Assembly: GCA_016704325.1 (NCBI GenBank)
Contig: JADJAG010000005.1
Span: 394,571 to 458,570, forward strand
Direction: 5' to 3'
From: Chitinophagaceae bacterium
GTDB lineage: Bacteria > Bacteroidota > Bacteroidia > Chitinophagales > UBA10324
Length of the DNA stretch: 64,000 bases
Under the pieces are notes generated by a model, which saw only the letters and a program-made list of their open reading frames with translations, had not been told where the DNA came from and did no database searches. The stretch's first letter is position 1, and each line of letters starts with the position of its first letter. The position numbers and the translations under genes are program-made. Shown piece by piece: positions 28,940-38,461 of this stretch.

Positions 28940-29160
28940 AGCCATTGTCTTTCAGTAGGGTGTATGACAAATTGCATTTCTCAGCGATAAAATAATACAA
29001 GCGCGAAGACGCCCCAAAAACGTAGCATATTGATCCTTTGTGATTTTCTTCGCGACTTGGCGTCTTGGCGTTAAAAAAGCAAGGCGCTAAGGCAAACGCT
29101 ACAGCATTAAGTGCAATTTGTCATAAACCCTTTCAGTAAGCAAACTGCAGGACAATGGCT
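28940..29160. repeat. MITE-like nested palindrome
   Basis: Outer arms agccattgtc (28940-28949) and gacaatggct (29151-29160). Inner arms tatgacaaattgca (28963-28976) and tgcaatttgtcata (29112-29125). Internal module gcgcgaagacgcc ... cttcgcgacttggcgtcttggcg. No ORF. Confidence 0.7.
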
Positions 29161-29202
29161 TTTTTCTTTATCATTTTTTTCTGAAATCCACATCTGTTCG
29201 AT

Positions 29203-32200
29203 ATGAAACAAATCTTTTTTCTGGTTGCCTGTCTGCTGCTGACAGCAATGCAAAAGAATTTTGCGCAATCACCTGCCATCACATCCGCTACGTTCGGTTC
29301 TATTGAGGCAAGGCAAATTGGCCCCGCTGTAATGGGTGGCCGGATTACTGCCATTGATGCACTGAATAGCGACCCGAAAACAATTTATGTTGGTGCAGCA
29401 GCAGGCGGTATCTGGAAAACCACCACGGGCGGCACCTTCTTCAAACCGATCTTCGATAAATACACACAGAGTATTGGAGATATACGTATTGATCAAAAGC
29501 ATCCTGATACCGTTTGGGTAGGAACCGGAGAATCCAATATGCGCAACAGTGTTTCTTATGGAGATGGTTTGTATGTAACATTCGATGGTGGTTCTAATTG
29601 GCGCAAGATGGGTTTGGACAGCACGGAACATATTTCTAAAATTATAATCGACCCTGCTAACTCAAATATTATTTATGTAGCAGCTCCCGGCCCGTTATGG
29701 AGCGACAGCAAAAGCCGTGGATTATACAAATCAACGGATTGCGGCAAAACATGGAAAAAAATTTTATATACGAATGAAAAAACAGGATGTGCAGATGTAG
29801 CCATTGATCCTTCCAATCCAAATATTGTTTACGCATCTATGTGGGAATTCAGAAGAACCCCCTGGTCGTTTGCATCAGGAGGTCCGGGAAGCGCCTTGTA
29901 CAAATCACTCGATGGCGGTAAAACCTGGAAGAAGATTCAGAATGGTTTCACAGCAGGCGAACTGGGCCGCATCGTGATTGCTGTTGCACCTAGTGCGCCA
30001 CAAAATCTATATGCGATTGCAGAATCAAAAAAATCAGCGCTATACTTATCCAATGATGGGGGTGAGACCTGGAAAGAACAAAGCGCAACAGCTAATGTGA
30101 CAGCGCGCCCGTTTTACTTCAGCACTTTAACAGTAGATCCAGAAAATCCAAAGCGGGTATATCGTCCGGCATTCACACTGTCAATCAGCGACGATGGCGG
30201 TTACTCCTTCAAAGAAGCCTCCAATGCCGGCGGATGGGTGCATAGCGATCACCATGCCCTGTGGATCAATCCAAACAACACCAATCAGTTATATTTAGGA
30301 ACGGACGGTGGTGTTTACATGTCGCTCGATAAAGGCAACAACTGGATATTTCTGAATAACATTCCGGTCTCACAGTTCTACCATGTATCTATTGATAATG
30401 CAGATCCTTATTTTGTGTATGGTGGCCTGCAGGACAATGGTTCCTGGATGGGACCTTCGGCAAGCGCCGGAGGCATTATGAATAAAGACTGGACGCCATT
30501 AGGATTCGGTGATGGTTTCTGGGTACAACCCGACAGGAAGATGCCGGATTATGTGTATTGGGAATACCAGGGTGGAAATATTTTCCGGTTGAATAAAAAA
30601 ACAAATGAACAAAAAGATATTGCTCCCTATCCATTACCGGGTGAAGCAAAGCTGCGCTGGAACTGGAACTCACCATTATATTACAGTCCTTCTGATAAAC
30701 TTTACGCAGGCTCACAGTTCTTATATGTCACCTCAAATCAAGGTGATACCTGGATGCGTATTTCACCCGACCTCACTACCAACAATCCTGAAAAGCAAAA
30801 ACAGGAAGAATCAGGTGGAGTAACCGTTGATAACTCCTCAGCAGAGAATCACTGCACCATTTTCACAGTAGCGGAATCACCGCTGGATGCAAATCAAATA
30901 TGGGTGGGTACAGATGATGGTAACCTGCAGGTAAGTAATGATGCAGGGAAGTCGTGGACCAATACCTCAAAAAGTATTACCGGGCTTCCTGCGAATACCT
31001 GGGTAAGCAGCATTGAACCAAGTAAGTATGATAAGATGATTTGTTATGCCACCTTCGACGGGCATGCTATGGGAGATATGAATACCTATGTTTATAAATC
31101 TGCTGATGGCGGAAAAAGCTGGATGCGTTTAGGTCCGGATGGATTGAAAGGCGCAGCCCACAAAGTGAAAGAGGACCTGGTGAACAGAAACCTGTTGTTC
31201 GTTGGTACAGAAACCGGTTTATTTATTTCCATAGATGGCGGAAAAAACTGGGCGCAGATGACCGGTAATATTCCCAATACGCCGGTGCGCGACATTGCAA
31301 TCCATCCTGTAAAGCATGATTTGATTTTAGCGACACATGGACGCGGTGTGCTGATTGTAGACGACATCACACCCATTCGTGCATTGAATGATGAAGTGCT
31401 GAATGCGGAAGCCACGATATTGCCTTCCCGTCCCAATTACGTTTCCTTATCCTCTTTGGGTGGATCCTATCCTGTTACTGCCGGTGATTTTGCTGCTCCG
31501 AATCCCAATGAAGATGCGGTGATCACGTATTATCTGAAAGACCGTGTAGTAACCGGTGCCGTGAAGGTGGAGATCTTTGATGCTTCAGGTAATCTGATGA
31601 CTTCGATTGATGGTACCAAACGCAAAGGCATCAACCGTGTAACCTGGCCGATGCGGATGAAAGCACCGAAAGCTGCATTGGGTGCGACTATTGAAGGGAA
31701 TACCATTTTCGGGCCGTTGGTGGAAGAAGGAACTTATAGCGTGAAGCTTATAAAAGGTGATAAGACTTATAATGGAAAAATGGAATTGCAACTGGATCCG
31801 AAATCTGTTCATACGGCATCAGACAGACAGTTACAAAGAAAAACGGTGGACGAATTGTATGGTATGATTGAAGAGTTGGCATTCATGAATCAGCAACTCA
31901 TCAACCTGAATGATACCATTGCCATTATGAAGCCTGCTGCAAAAGATAAAAAGCTGCAGCAATCACTACAGTTACTTTCCGACAGTTTAACTGCAGCCCG
32001 GAAATCTTTGGTAGCTACCAAAGAAGGCACAGCCATCACCGGCGAAGAACGCTTGCGCGAAAGGATGGGCTCACTCTACGGAAGTCTCATGAACTACGAA
32101 GGAAAACCAACCGATTCACAGATGGATCGTTTTAATGGTCTTAAACTCGAAATGGCAACTGCACACAAACGCATAGATAAAATTTATGCAGTACAACTCA

Positions 32201-32280
32201 CAAAAACAAATGCAGCCCTGAAGAAAGCAGCCATGCACGAACTAAAACCCTTGACAAAAGAATCATTCAACAAAATTTGA
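29203..32280 (+). CDS. Secreted sortilin/VPS10/BNR-like tandem beta-propeller protein
   Basis: 1025 aa. Signal peptide MKQIFFLVACLLLTAMQKNFAQ. Asp-box-like motifs YKSTDCGKTWKK, YKSLDGGKTWKK, LSNDGGETWKE, SNDAGKSWTN, KSADGGKSWMR, ISIDGGKNWAQ. Helical C-terminal ~200 aa; no T9SS tail. Confidence 0.8.
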   Translation: MKQIFFLVACLLLTAMQKNFAQSPAITSATFGSIEARQIGPAVMGGRITAIDALNSDPKTIYVGAAAGGIWKTTTGGTFFKPIFDKYTQSIGDIRIDQKHPDTVWVGTGESNMRNSVSYGDGLYVTFDGGSNWRKMGLDSTEHISKIIIDPANSNIIYVAAPGPLWSDSKSRGLYKSTDCGKTWKKILYTNEKTGCADVAIDPSNPNIVYASMWEFRRTPWSFASGGPGSALYKSLDGGKTWKKIQNGFTAGELGRIVIAVAPSAPQNLYAIAESKKSALYLSNDGGETWKEQSATANVTARPFYFSTLTVDPENPKRVYRPAFTLSISDDGGYSFKEASNAGGWVHSDHHALWINPNNTNQLYLGTDGGVYMSLDKGNNWIFLNNIPVSQFYHVSIDNADPYFVYGGLQDNGSWMGPSASAGGIMNKDWTPLGFGDGFWVQPDRKMPDYVYWEYQGGNIFRLNKKTNEQKDIAPYPLPGEAKLRWNWNSPLYYSPSDKLYAGSQFLYVTSNQGDTWMRISPDLTTNNPEKQKQEESGGVTVDNSSAENHCTIFTVAESPLDANQIWVGTDDGNLQVSNDAGKSWTNTSKSITGLPANTWVSSIEPSKYDKMICYATFDGHAMGDMNTYVYKSADGGKSWMRLGPDGLKGAAHKVKEDLVNRNLLFVGTETGLFISIDGGKNWAQMTGNIPNTPVRDIAIHPVKHDLILATHGRGVLIVDDITPIRALNDEVLNAEATILPSRPNYVSLSSLGGSYPVTAGDFAAPNPNEDAVITYYLKDRVVTGAVKVEIFDASGNLMTSIDGTKRKGINRVTWPMRMKAPKAALGATIEGNTIFGPLVEEGTYSVKLIKGDKTYNGKMELQLDPKSVHTASDRQLQRKTVDELYGMIEELAFMNQQLINLNDTIAIMKPAAKDKKLQQSLQLLSDSLTAARKSLVATKEGTAITGEERLRERMGSLYGSLMNYEGKPTDSQMDRFNGLKLEMATAHKRIDKIYAVQLTKTNAALKKAAMHELKPLTKESFNKI

Positions 32281-32324
32281 AAGGCATTTAAGAACAGTTG
32301 ACGTCTCGATCAGATCCTGATTAA

Positions 32325-32394
32325 CAATTCAATCATTCACTCCATCGGCACATCAGCACATCAATTCATCAGCACATCAACCCATCTCACCCCC
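32325..32394 (+). repeat. G-poor short tandem repeat of 8-nt period abutting a start codon
   Basis: caattcaa tcattcac tccatcgg cacatcag cacatcaa ttcatcag cacatcaa cccatctc accccc, then ATG at 32395. It shares the word catcggcacatcagcacatca with 24556-24580. Confidence 0.85.
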
Positions 32395-33390
32395 ATGCCC
32401 TCCCGCAGAACCTTCATCAAAAACATCTCCATAGCCGCAACATCAGGTTCCCTGATTGCCACCAGTGCAAAAGCATTTACTGTACCGGCTGATAAGCCCA
32501 ATGTTACCACCGGCAATATCGTACTCTCCACGTGGAGCCACGGCATTCCGGCCAACGAAAAGGCCATGGAATTACTGAATGCAAAAGCCCGGGCTATAGA
32601 TGCGGCGCAACAGGGCGTGATGGTGGTAGAGGCTGATCCGAAGAATACTTCCGTCGGACTTTCCGGCTATCCTGATCGTGATGGCATAGTAACACTCGAT
32701 GCCTGCCTGATGGATGAGTTAGGCAATGCCGGCTCCGTTTGTTTTTTGGAAGGCATTGATCATCCCATTTCCGTGGCGCGCCTGGTAATGGACAAAACAC
32801 CGCATGTAATGTTATCAGGTTCCGGTGCCTTGCAGTTTGCCATTCAAAACGGCTTTAAACAAAAAAAAGGATTATCGCCTGATGCGAAACGCGCTTATAC
32901 CGAATGGCTGAAGACATCGGCCTATAAGCCTGTTATTAATATAGAGAATCATGATACGATTGGGTTGATACTGCGAGATGAACGCGGTAATTTTTCCGGT
33001 GCCTGCACTACCAGCGGGCTTGCCTTTAAGATGCATGGAAGGGTAGGAGATTCCCCCATTATTGGCGCAGGTTTATTTGTAGACCCGGAAGTGGGTGCTG
33101 CTACAGCAACCGGTTTGGGTGAAGCGGTAATAAAAATCTGCGGCAGTCATTTGATTGTAGAACTGATGCGCATGGGCCAATCACCGCAGAGAGCCTGCGA
33201 AGAAGCCGTGAAACGCATTTCAGTAAAACAGAAAAATTTCAAAGACATGCAGGTAGGTTTTCTTGCCATCAATAAAGCGGGTGAGATTGGCGCATTTGCC
33301 ATTCAACCCGGATTTCAATATGCACTGGCAATGAATGGAAAAAATGAATTGAAAGATGCGGCTTCGTTGTTAAAAGCTGAAAGGAAGTAA
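32395..33390 (+). CDS. N4-(beta-N-acetylglucosaminyl)-L-asparaginase (glycosylasparaginase, Ntn hydrolase)
   Basis: 331 aa. TAT-like leader MPSRRTFIKNISIAATSG. Autoprocessing site HDTIGLI. GACTTSGLAFKMHGRVGDSPIIGAGLFVD and GAATATGLGE closely match the flavobacterial enzyme. Confidence 0.9.
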   Translation: MPSRRTFIKNISIAATSGSLIATSAKAFTVPADKPNVTTGNIVLSTWSHGIPANEKAMELLNAKARAIDAAQQGVMVVEADPKNTSVGLSGYPDRDGIVTLDACLMDELGNAGSVCFLEGIDHPISVARLVMDKTPHVMLSGSGALQFAIQNGFKQKKGLSPDAKRAYTEWLKTSAYKPVINIENHDTIGLILRDERGNFSGACTTSGLAFKMHGRVGDSPIIGAGLFVDPEVGAATATGLGEAVIKICGSHLIVELMRMGQSPQRACEEAVKRISVKQKNFKDMQVGFLAINKAGEIGAFAIQPGFQYALAMNGKNELKDAASLLKAERK

Positions 33391-33495
33391 GTTGAAAATG
33401 TAAACAGTCGAATGCAATTGCCGTGAAGCGTAAAAAATGATCTTACTCATTCTCGTTTACAGTTCCGATGGCAATAGCTATGGTAGTCAAATTCT

Positions 33496-33572
33496 CCGGC
33501 TTCGCCGCAACCATTCAACCATTCAACCATTCAACCATTCAACCATTCAACCATTCAACCATTCAACCATTC
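33496..33572 (+). repeat. GC hinge word plus (CCATTCAA) x7 perfect tandem repeat
   Basis: ccggcttcgccgca (33496-33509), then seven perfect ccattcaa units (33511-33566) and a degenerate ccatc. Between convergent genes. Confidence 0.9.
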
Positions 33573-33593
33573 AACCATCTAGCAATTTTTCAT

Positions 33594-34754
33594 TTATAAT
33601 CCGGCAAACGCCCCCTCAATATCCCCCACCAAATAATCAACCCCCTCCAACCCAATATAAAACCTCACCATCCTGTGAGCAGCAATTTCCTGGTTAAAAT
33701 CTTCCGGTTTAATTACTGCGCATGATGGAAAGATCAGCGACTCATGTCCGCCCCAGGAAACCGCCATCAGAAAATGTTTCAATGAGTTGCAGAATTTTTC
33801 AACTGCCTGAATAGAATTTACTTTTAGAACCACGGTAAATAATCCCGGCGATTGCTTCATTTGTTTTTTCGCCAGTTCGTATTGCGGGAAGGAAGGTGAG
33901 AAGGGATAGTATATCTTTTCAACCATGGGATGATTTTCCATGAATTGCGCAATGTGTTGTGTGCTTTGCGCAATTCGTTCAAGCCGGATTTCCAGTGTTC
34001 GGAGACTTCTAATAAGCAGCCATGCATTGAATGGTGAAATGATGGAACCCACTGTAAGCAAATCAGACTTAAATATTTTTTCAATCATTTCTTTCTTGCC
34101 GGCAATCACGCCTGCAATCACATCACTGTGTCCGCCTAAATATTTAGTCGCTGTTTGTACAGAAATATCAATTCCGAAATCAAGTGGCCGCTGATACAAT
34201 GGAGAACAATAACTATTGTCAATAATGGTGAGTAACCGTTTCGATTTTGCAAGCCGTGCCACTGCTTCAAGGTCCTGCAATTCGAATGTGAATGAATTGG
34301 GCGATTCGAGGAAAATGATTTTGGTATTTGGTTGAATGGCACGCTCAAAATTTTCGATGTTTGTTCCGTCAATCATGGTTGCCGTGACACCAAATCGTGG
34401 CAATAAAACATTGAACAACTTATCCGTCCATGAGTAAGGTTTTGCTACGGAGACAATATGATCACCTTGCTTCACATTGGCAAATACAGCCAGAAAAACA
34501 GCTGCCACACCACTGGAAAGCACAAGTGCATCTTCAGCATTATCCAATGCTGCAATTTTTTTACGAAGAATCGTAACCGTTGGATTATTGCCACGTGAAT
34601 ACAGATCCACTGCAAATTCATCCTGCATCGCTTCACGCAATTGTGCTACATTCTTAAATGCAAAATTGCTTGTTTGAATAATGGGAGGTGCTACAGCGCC
34701 AAAGTAAGACTCGCGATCTTCTCCTAACTCATTGATGATTTGTGAGAGGTCCAT
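33594..34754 (-). CDS. Cys/Met-metabolism PLP-dependent enzyme (cystathionine gamma-synthase/lyase family)
   Basis: The track start at 34769 is TTG; ATG 34754 gives MDLSQIINEL. PLP-lysine block SVQTATKYLGGHSDVIAGV, YSRGNNPT, and GGHESL near the C-terminus. Confidence 0.8.
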   Translation of the reverse strand: MDLSQIINELGEDRESYFGAVAPPIIQTSNFAFKNVAQLREAMQDEFAVDLYSRGNNPTVTILRKKIAALDNAEDALVLSSGVAAVFLAVFANVKQGDHIVSVAKPYSWTDKLFNVLLPRFGVTATMIDGTNIENFERAIQPNTKIIFLESPNSFTFELQDLEAVARLAKSKRLLTIIDNSYCSPLYQRPLDFGIDISVQTATKYLGGHSDVIAGVIAGKKEMIEKIFKSDLLTVGSIISPFNAWLLIRSLRTLEIRLERIAQSTQHIAQFMENHPMVEKIYYPFSPSFPQYELAKKQMKQSPGLFTVVLKVNSIQAVEKFCNSLKHFLMAVSWGGHESLIFPSCAVIKPEDFNQEIAAHRMVRFYIGLEGVDYLVGDIEGAFAGL

Positions 34755-34779
34755 ATAGACAAATTTCAAATTTCAAACT

Positions 34780-36111
34780 TTAAACTATTTTCTTCAGCAA
34801 TACATACAACGGAAAACCACACAACAACACAACCAGGCCTATTAGTGAATTAATCGTATCGCTGTAAACAATATTTACAGTAACCGTCAATTGCATAAGG
34901 ATGAAAATAGCAGGCAAAACCGGGAACCACCTGATGCGGAAACCTTTTGATTCATCACCGGTTTTCCTCTTTCTCATAATAAAGATGCAAAACGCCGCAC
35001 AAGCCAGTGAGATCGTATCATTAAACATCACGTAGTTCAACAGGTTGCTGTAGTTCTGAAGCAATAGGAACATGACCACAACCAGTACTGTAATAAAAAT
35101 AAGGGTGAATTCCTGCACCTGCTTTTCCGCATGCACTTTCATAAATATGGCAGGAAGTATTTTTTCTTCTGCCATCGCATAAAGCACGCGCGGATTGTGC
35201 ATCAGTTGTGAATTGATGAATCCAAGTACGGAAATGAATATCGCGACCGAGGCGAAGGCTGCACCCGTATTTCCAAATAATACCTTGCCCAGGTCAGCGG
35301 CAATCAATGGCGATTGTTGTACTTGTTCAAAGCCCAATACTTTTACATATGCAATATTGATGGAGAGGTAAAGCAGGAAAACAATGCCAATGGCAAAGAG
35401 TATCGCTTTCGGAATGGTATGCTGTGGTGATTTTACATCACCGCCCAGGTTCACAATATTCTGATAGCCTCCATACGTAAAAAAGATGGCAATCAGGCTC
35501 ATGCCAAGTGCGGTAATAAAAGTGGAAACGGGATGAGACCCGGAATCCACAGTATCAGGTAGTATGGAAATTTTGTTTTCAGATGGACTGATAAAGAAAA
35601 GTGCGGAGATGAAGATCAGCATGAGCACAATCTTTACCATGCTCAACACATTTTGTGTGCGGGCTCCCATGCGGATGCCAAGAAAATTCAGGATGAAAAG
35701 CAAACCGATGATCAGGTAGAACATCAGCTTTTCACCACCGGCATTTTGTAAGGAAGCAGGCATAATGACCGGTGTAATGTATTGTGCACCAATAAATGCA
35801 ACAGCGGCCGTGGATCCTGCATTGAGGAGAATGTATGTCCAGATCAGCATAAAAGCAAGGGCAGGATGGTAACACAATGAAAACAATTTGTAATAACCAC
35901 CGGCCACCGGATACCTCGATCCAATTTCTGCGAAAGTGAGTGCACCACAGATGCTTACTACCGCACCCAGTACCCATGCCAGGAAAAAAATGGTTTCATT
36001 TCCTGCATGCTGCGCAATTATTGAAGGATTGCGAAAAATGCCAATGCCGATCACCATCGAAACGATGATCATCGTAAGATCAAAAAAGCCGAGTTTGGGT
36101 TTTATGGACAA
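34780..36111 (-). CDS. APC-superfamily amino acid permease
   Basis: 443 aa with about 12 hydrophobic helices. N-terminal KLGFFDLTMIIVSMVIGIGIF is typical of APC transporters. Only TTG (36111) is available upstream of that conserved block. Confidence 0.8.
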   Translation of the reverse strand: MSIKPKLGFFDLTMIIVSMVIGIGIFRNPSIIAQHAGNETIFFLAWVLGAVVSICGALTFAEIGSRYPVAGGYYKLFSLCYHPALAFMLIWTYILLNAGSTAAVAFIGAQYITPVIMPASLQNAGGEKLMFYLIIGLLFILNFLGIRMGARTQNVLSMVKIVLMLIFISALFFISPSENKISILPDTVDSGSHPVSTFITALGMSLIAIFFTYGGYQNIVNLGGDVKSPQHTIPKAILFAIGIVFLLYLSINIAYVKVLGFEQVQQSPLIAADLGKVLFGNTGAAFASVAIFISVLGFINSQLMHNPRVLYAMAEEKILPAIFMKVHAEKQVQEFTLIFITVLVVVMFLLLQNYSNLLNYVMFNDTISLACAAFCIFIMRKRKTGDESKGFRIRWFPVLPAIFILMQLTVTVNIVYSDTINSLIGLVVLLCGFPLYVLLKKIV

Positions 36112-36234
36112 GGTGATGTGCTTTCTTTCGAAAGATACAAGAGTTTATAGAATGGAATTAACTGTTGTGATTTATTCCATGTTAAATTGTCCAACTGTTA
36201 AATTGCTATTTTGCCATGCTAACTTCAAACGTCT

Positions 36235-38136
36235 ATGTTTAAGGACGAGAATAAAATTGCTTACCTCTTGTTGTCGGTGTATTATGTTGCCATGCTTGCA
36301 ATGGCTTTTCTTGCCGGTGGAACGGGTGATGACGGCGATAGCATAGCCCATTACCTCTTTTCAAGGTATGCCTTTGTACATCCTGAAAACTTTATTGAAC
36401 ATTGGGCCAAACCGGTTTTTGTACTCCTTTCCGCACCTTTTGCGCAGTTCGGTTTTATTGGCATAAAAATTTTCAACGTCACGGTTACCACCCTGGCTAT
36501 ATTATTCACCTACCGGATTGCGCGACAGCTAAAAATCAGGAACAGTTGGTTTGTGATTGTAGCACTTTGTTTTGCACCCATGTATTTGCGGCTCACGCTT
36601 TCGGGTCTTACAGAACCATTATTCGCGCTGGCAATCACCGTAGCAATTTTTTTGGCACTTCGAAAGCATTTCCTCGCTTCGGTTTTAATTGTTTCCTTTC
36701 TTCCCTTTATTCGTTCTGAAGGTTTAATAATTATTGGTGTATTTGCTTTCTACTTAATAATCACCCGCCGGTATAAACTGATGCCCATACTTGCATCCGG
36801 TCACATAGTGTATAGTATACTCGGTTGGTTTTATTACACTGATTTTCTCTGGGTTTTCAATAGGATGACGTATGCCGTGTGGAACAGTTCTTACGGACAA
36901 GGTTCGCCGCTTACTTTTTTATGGGGCATGTTTGATTTTATCGGGTTGCCGCTTACATTTTTATTTATTGCCGGCACGATATCCTTAATCAGTAATGAAA
37001 GGGCTGTCTTTAGAATTAGGAGGCTAAAAGTATTTTCTACGGAAGAAGTATTGCTTGTATATGCAAGTTTCTTTGCTATTTGGTTGAGTCATACGATATT
37101 TTGGACATTCGGTTTGTTTAACTCGCTTGGATTGGTGAGGGTATTGATAGCAGTTGCACCTTGTGCGGCAATTATTTGCCTGCGTGGTTTTAATTTGATA
37201 TTAAATGTGAATTTTATTGCTTCAACACCAACTATGCGCATTTTGGCCGGTTTGTTTTTGTCATTAGCCGTTATTATAACTCCATTTATTCAATTGGATT
37301 ATAAGTGTTCATTTAAGTTGAATGGAAATCAACAAAGCCTTCAGGATGCCGGAAAAAAATACGGTAAACAACTGGAAGAACATACCATCTTTGCTTCATC
37401 GCCCTATTCATTAATCCCATTTAACTGCGATCCTTTTGATACCACACGAAGCAAGCGGCTTAGGGAAATCCATTCGGAGAAGCAATTTCCAGAGAAGAGC
37501 GCAATCGTATGGGACGGCTTTTATGCACCGAATGAAGACAAGGTCGCATTGGCTAACTTAATGGAGGATGAGCGTTTTGAACTGCTGGATATTTTTGAGG
37601 CGCAAGATTGCAAGAGCAATACAAGCAAATCAGCCGTGTTTCTGATTAAGACTGGTGCAGAAACAAAATGGATGGTAAAGGATACCATTTATAGTATTGA
37701 TTTTGAATCAGAACCGGTCAACGAAAAAATCACGACACCTGCTTTCTCCGGTAAATATTCCTGCAGGATCGATCAAGACTATCCGTTTAGTCCAGGACTG
37801 CAAACAAAAGTTATCGATCTCGGTATTGAGTTGCCTGCAACCTTACGGGTTAATGCTATGATTTATGCTGAGAGCATCCCTTTTTTTCATGACAAGCATG
37901 CGTTATTGGTAGTCTCCTTGGAACACAATGGCAGCGTTTATTTCTGGAAGGGACTGGATATTCACAATGAATTAAGTGCTGTTAAATCGTGGGAAGAGGT
38001 TGTGTTTCAGATCGGCCTGCCTGCCGCAACTGATGTTAATGATGTGCTGAAGATATATGCCTGGAATCCCCATGAAGGCGCAGTGAACCTGGATGAGTTT
38101 ATGATCAGTCATGTGGTGAATGATATAGTTAAATAA
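36235..38136 (+). CDS. GT-C-like polytopic membrane protein (ArnT/PMT-like glycosyltransferase fold) with soluble C-terminal domain
   Basis: 633 aa. About 11 helices in the first ~350 aa, an acidic first loop GGTGDDGDSIAHY, and a C-terminal ~270 aa non-membrane domain. Family assignment is tentative. Confidence 0.5.
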   Translation: MFKDENKIAYLLLSVYYVAMLAMAFLAGGTGDDGDSIAHYLFSRYAFVHPENFIEHWAKPVFVLLSAPFAQFGFIGIKIFNVTVTTLAILFTYRIARQLKIRNSWFVIVALCFAPMYLRLTLSGLTEPLFALAITVAIFLALRKHFLASVLIVSFLPFIRSEGLIIIGVFAFYLIITRRYKLMPILASGHIVYSILGWFYYTDFLWVFNRMTYAVWNSSYGQGSPLTFLWGMFDFIGLPLTFLFIAGTISLISNERAVFRIRRLKVFSTEEVLLVYASFFAIWLSHTIFWTFGLFNSLGLVRVLIAVAPCAAIICLRGFNLILNVNFIASTPTMRILAGLFLSLAVIITPFIQLDYKCSFKLNGNQQSLQDAGKKYGKQLEEHTIFASSPYSLIPFNCDPFDTTRSKRLREIHSEKQFPEKSAIVWDGFYAPNEDKVALANLMEDERFELLDIFEAQDCKSNTSKSAVFLIKTGAETKWMVKDTIYSIDFESEPVNEKITTPAFSGKYSCRIDQDYPFSPGLQTKVIDLGIELPATLRVNAMIYAESIPFFHDKHALLVVSLEHNGSVYFWKGLDIHNELSAVKSWEEVVFQIGLPAATDVNDVLKIYAWNPHEGAVNLDEFMISHVVNDIVK

Positions 38137-38239
38137 GTGTAAAAAAGTGAATTTCATTAACTAATAGGGCAGCTTGAAAATTTGGATTTATTTCATTTCC
38201 GCATATCTTGATATATGTGATTTTAGAGAAAAAGGAAAT

Positions 38240-38448
38240 GGGTGTACGGCAAATTGGAAATAGATTATTGGGTGTTGAAATTGAGTATTGAGTATTAAGT
38301 ATTGAGTATTGAGTATTGAGTAAGTTGAGTAAGTGAGTAGAGTAGGGATTGCAGAATAGCAAGTGATCGGCTTCGCCGCAGCAATTTAACCATTTAGCAA
38401 TTTAACCACTCAACCATTCACCCCCCCCAACCATTGCTTGATAAGATG
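38240..38448 (+). repeat. Bipartite 7-nt/8-nt periodic intergenic element, copy X
   Basis: Terminus gggtgtacggc, then the 30-bp core caaattggaaatagattattgggtgttgaa (38250-38279). (ttgagta) x6 with no C in 38251-38351, then hinge gatcggcttcgccgcag. Then gcaattta accattta gcaattta accactca accattca (1 G in 38382-38436). Ends attgcttgataagatg. Confidence 0.9.
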
Positions 38449-38461
38449 ATCCTCACACAAA

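Noticed and set aside
33437-33697. 86-aa ORF with HSTIQPFN repeats
   Set aside because: It is simply the translation of the (CCATTCAA)7 array (three units equal eight codons), and it overlaps the 3-prime end of the PLP-enzyme gene on the other strand.
38129-38362. 77-aa minus-strand ORF (LNTQYSILNTQYS...)
   Set aside because: It is a translation of the (TTGAGTA)n array of element copy X. No independent coding signal.
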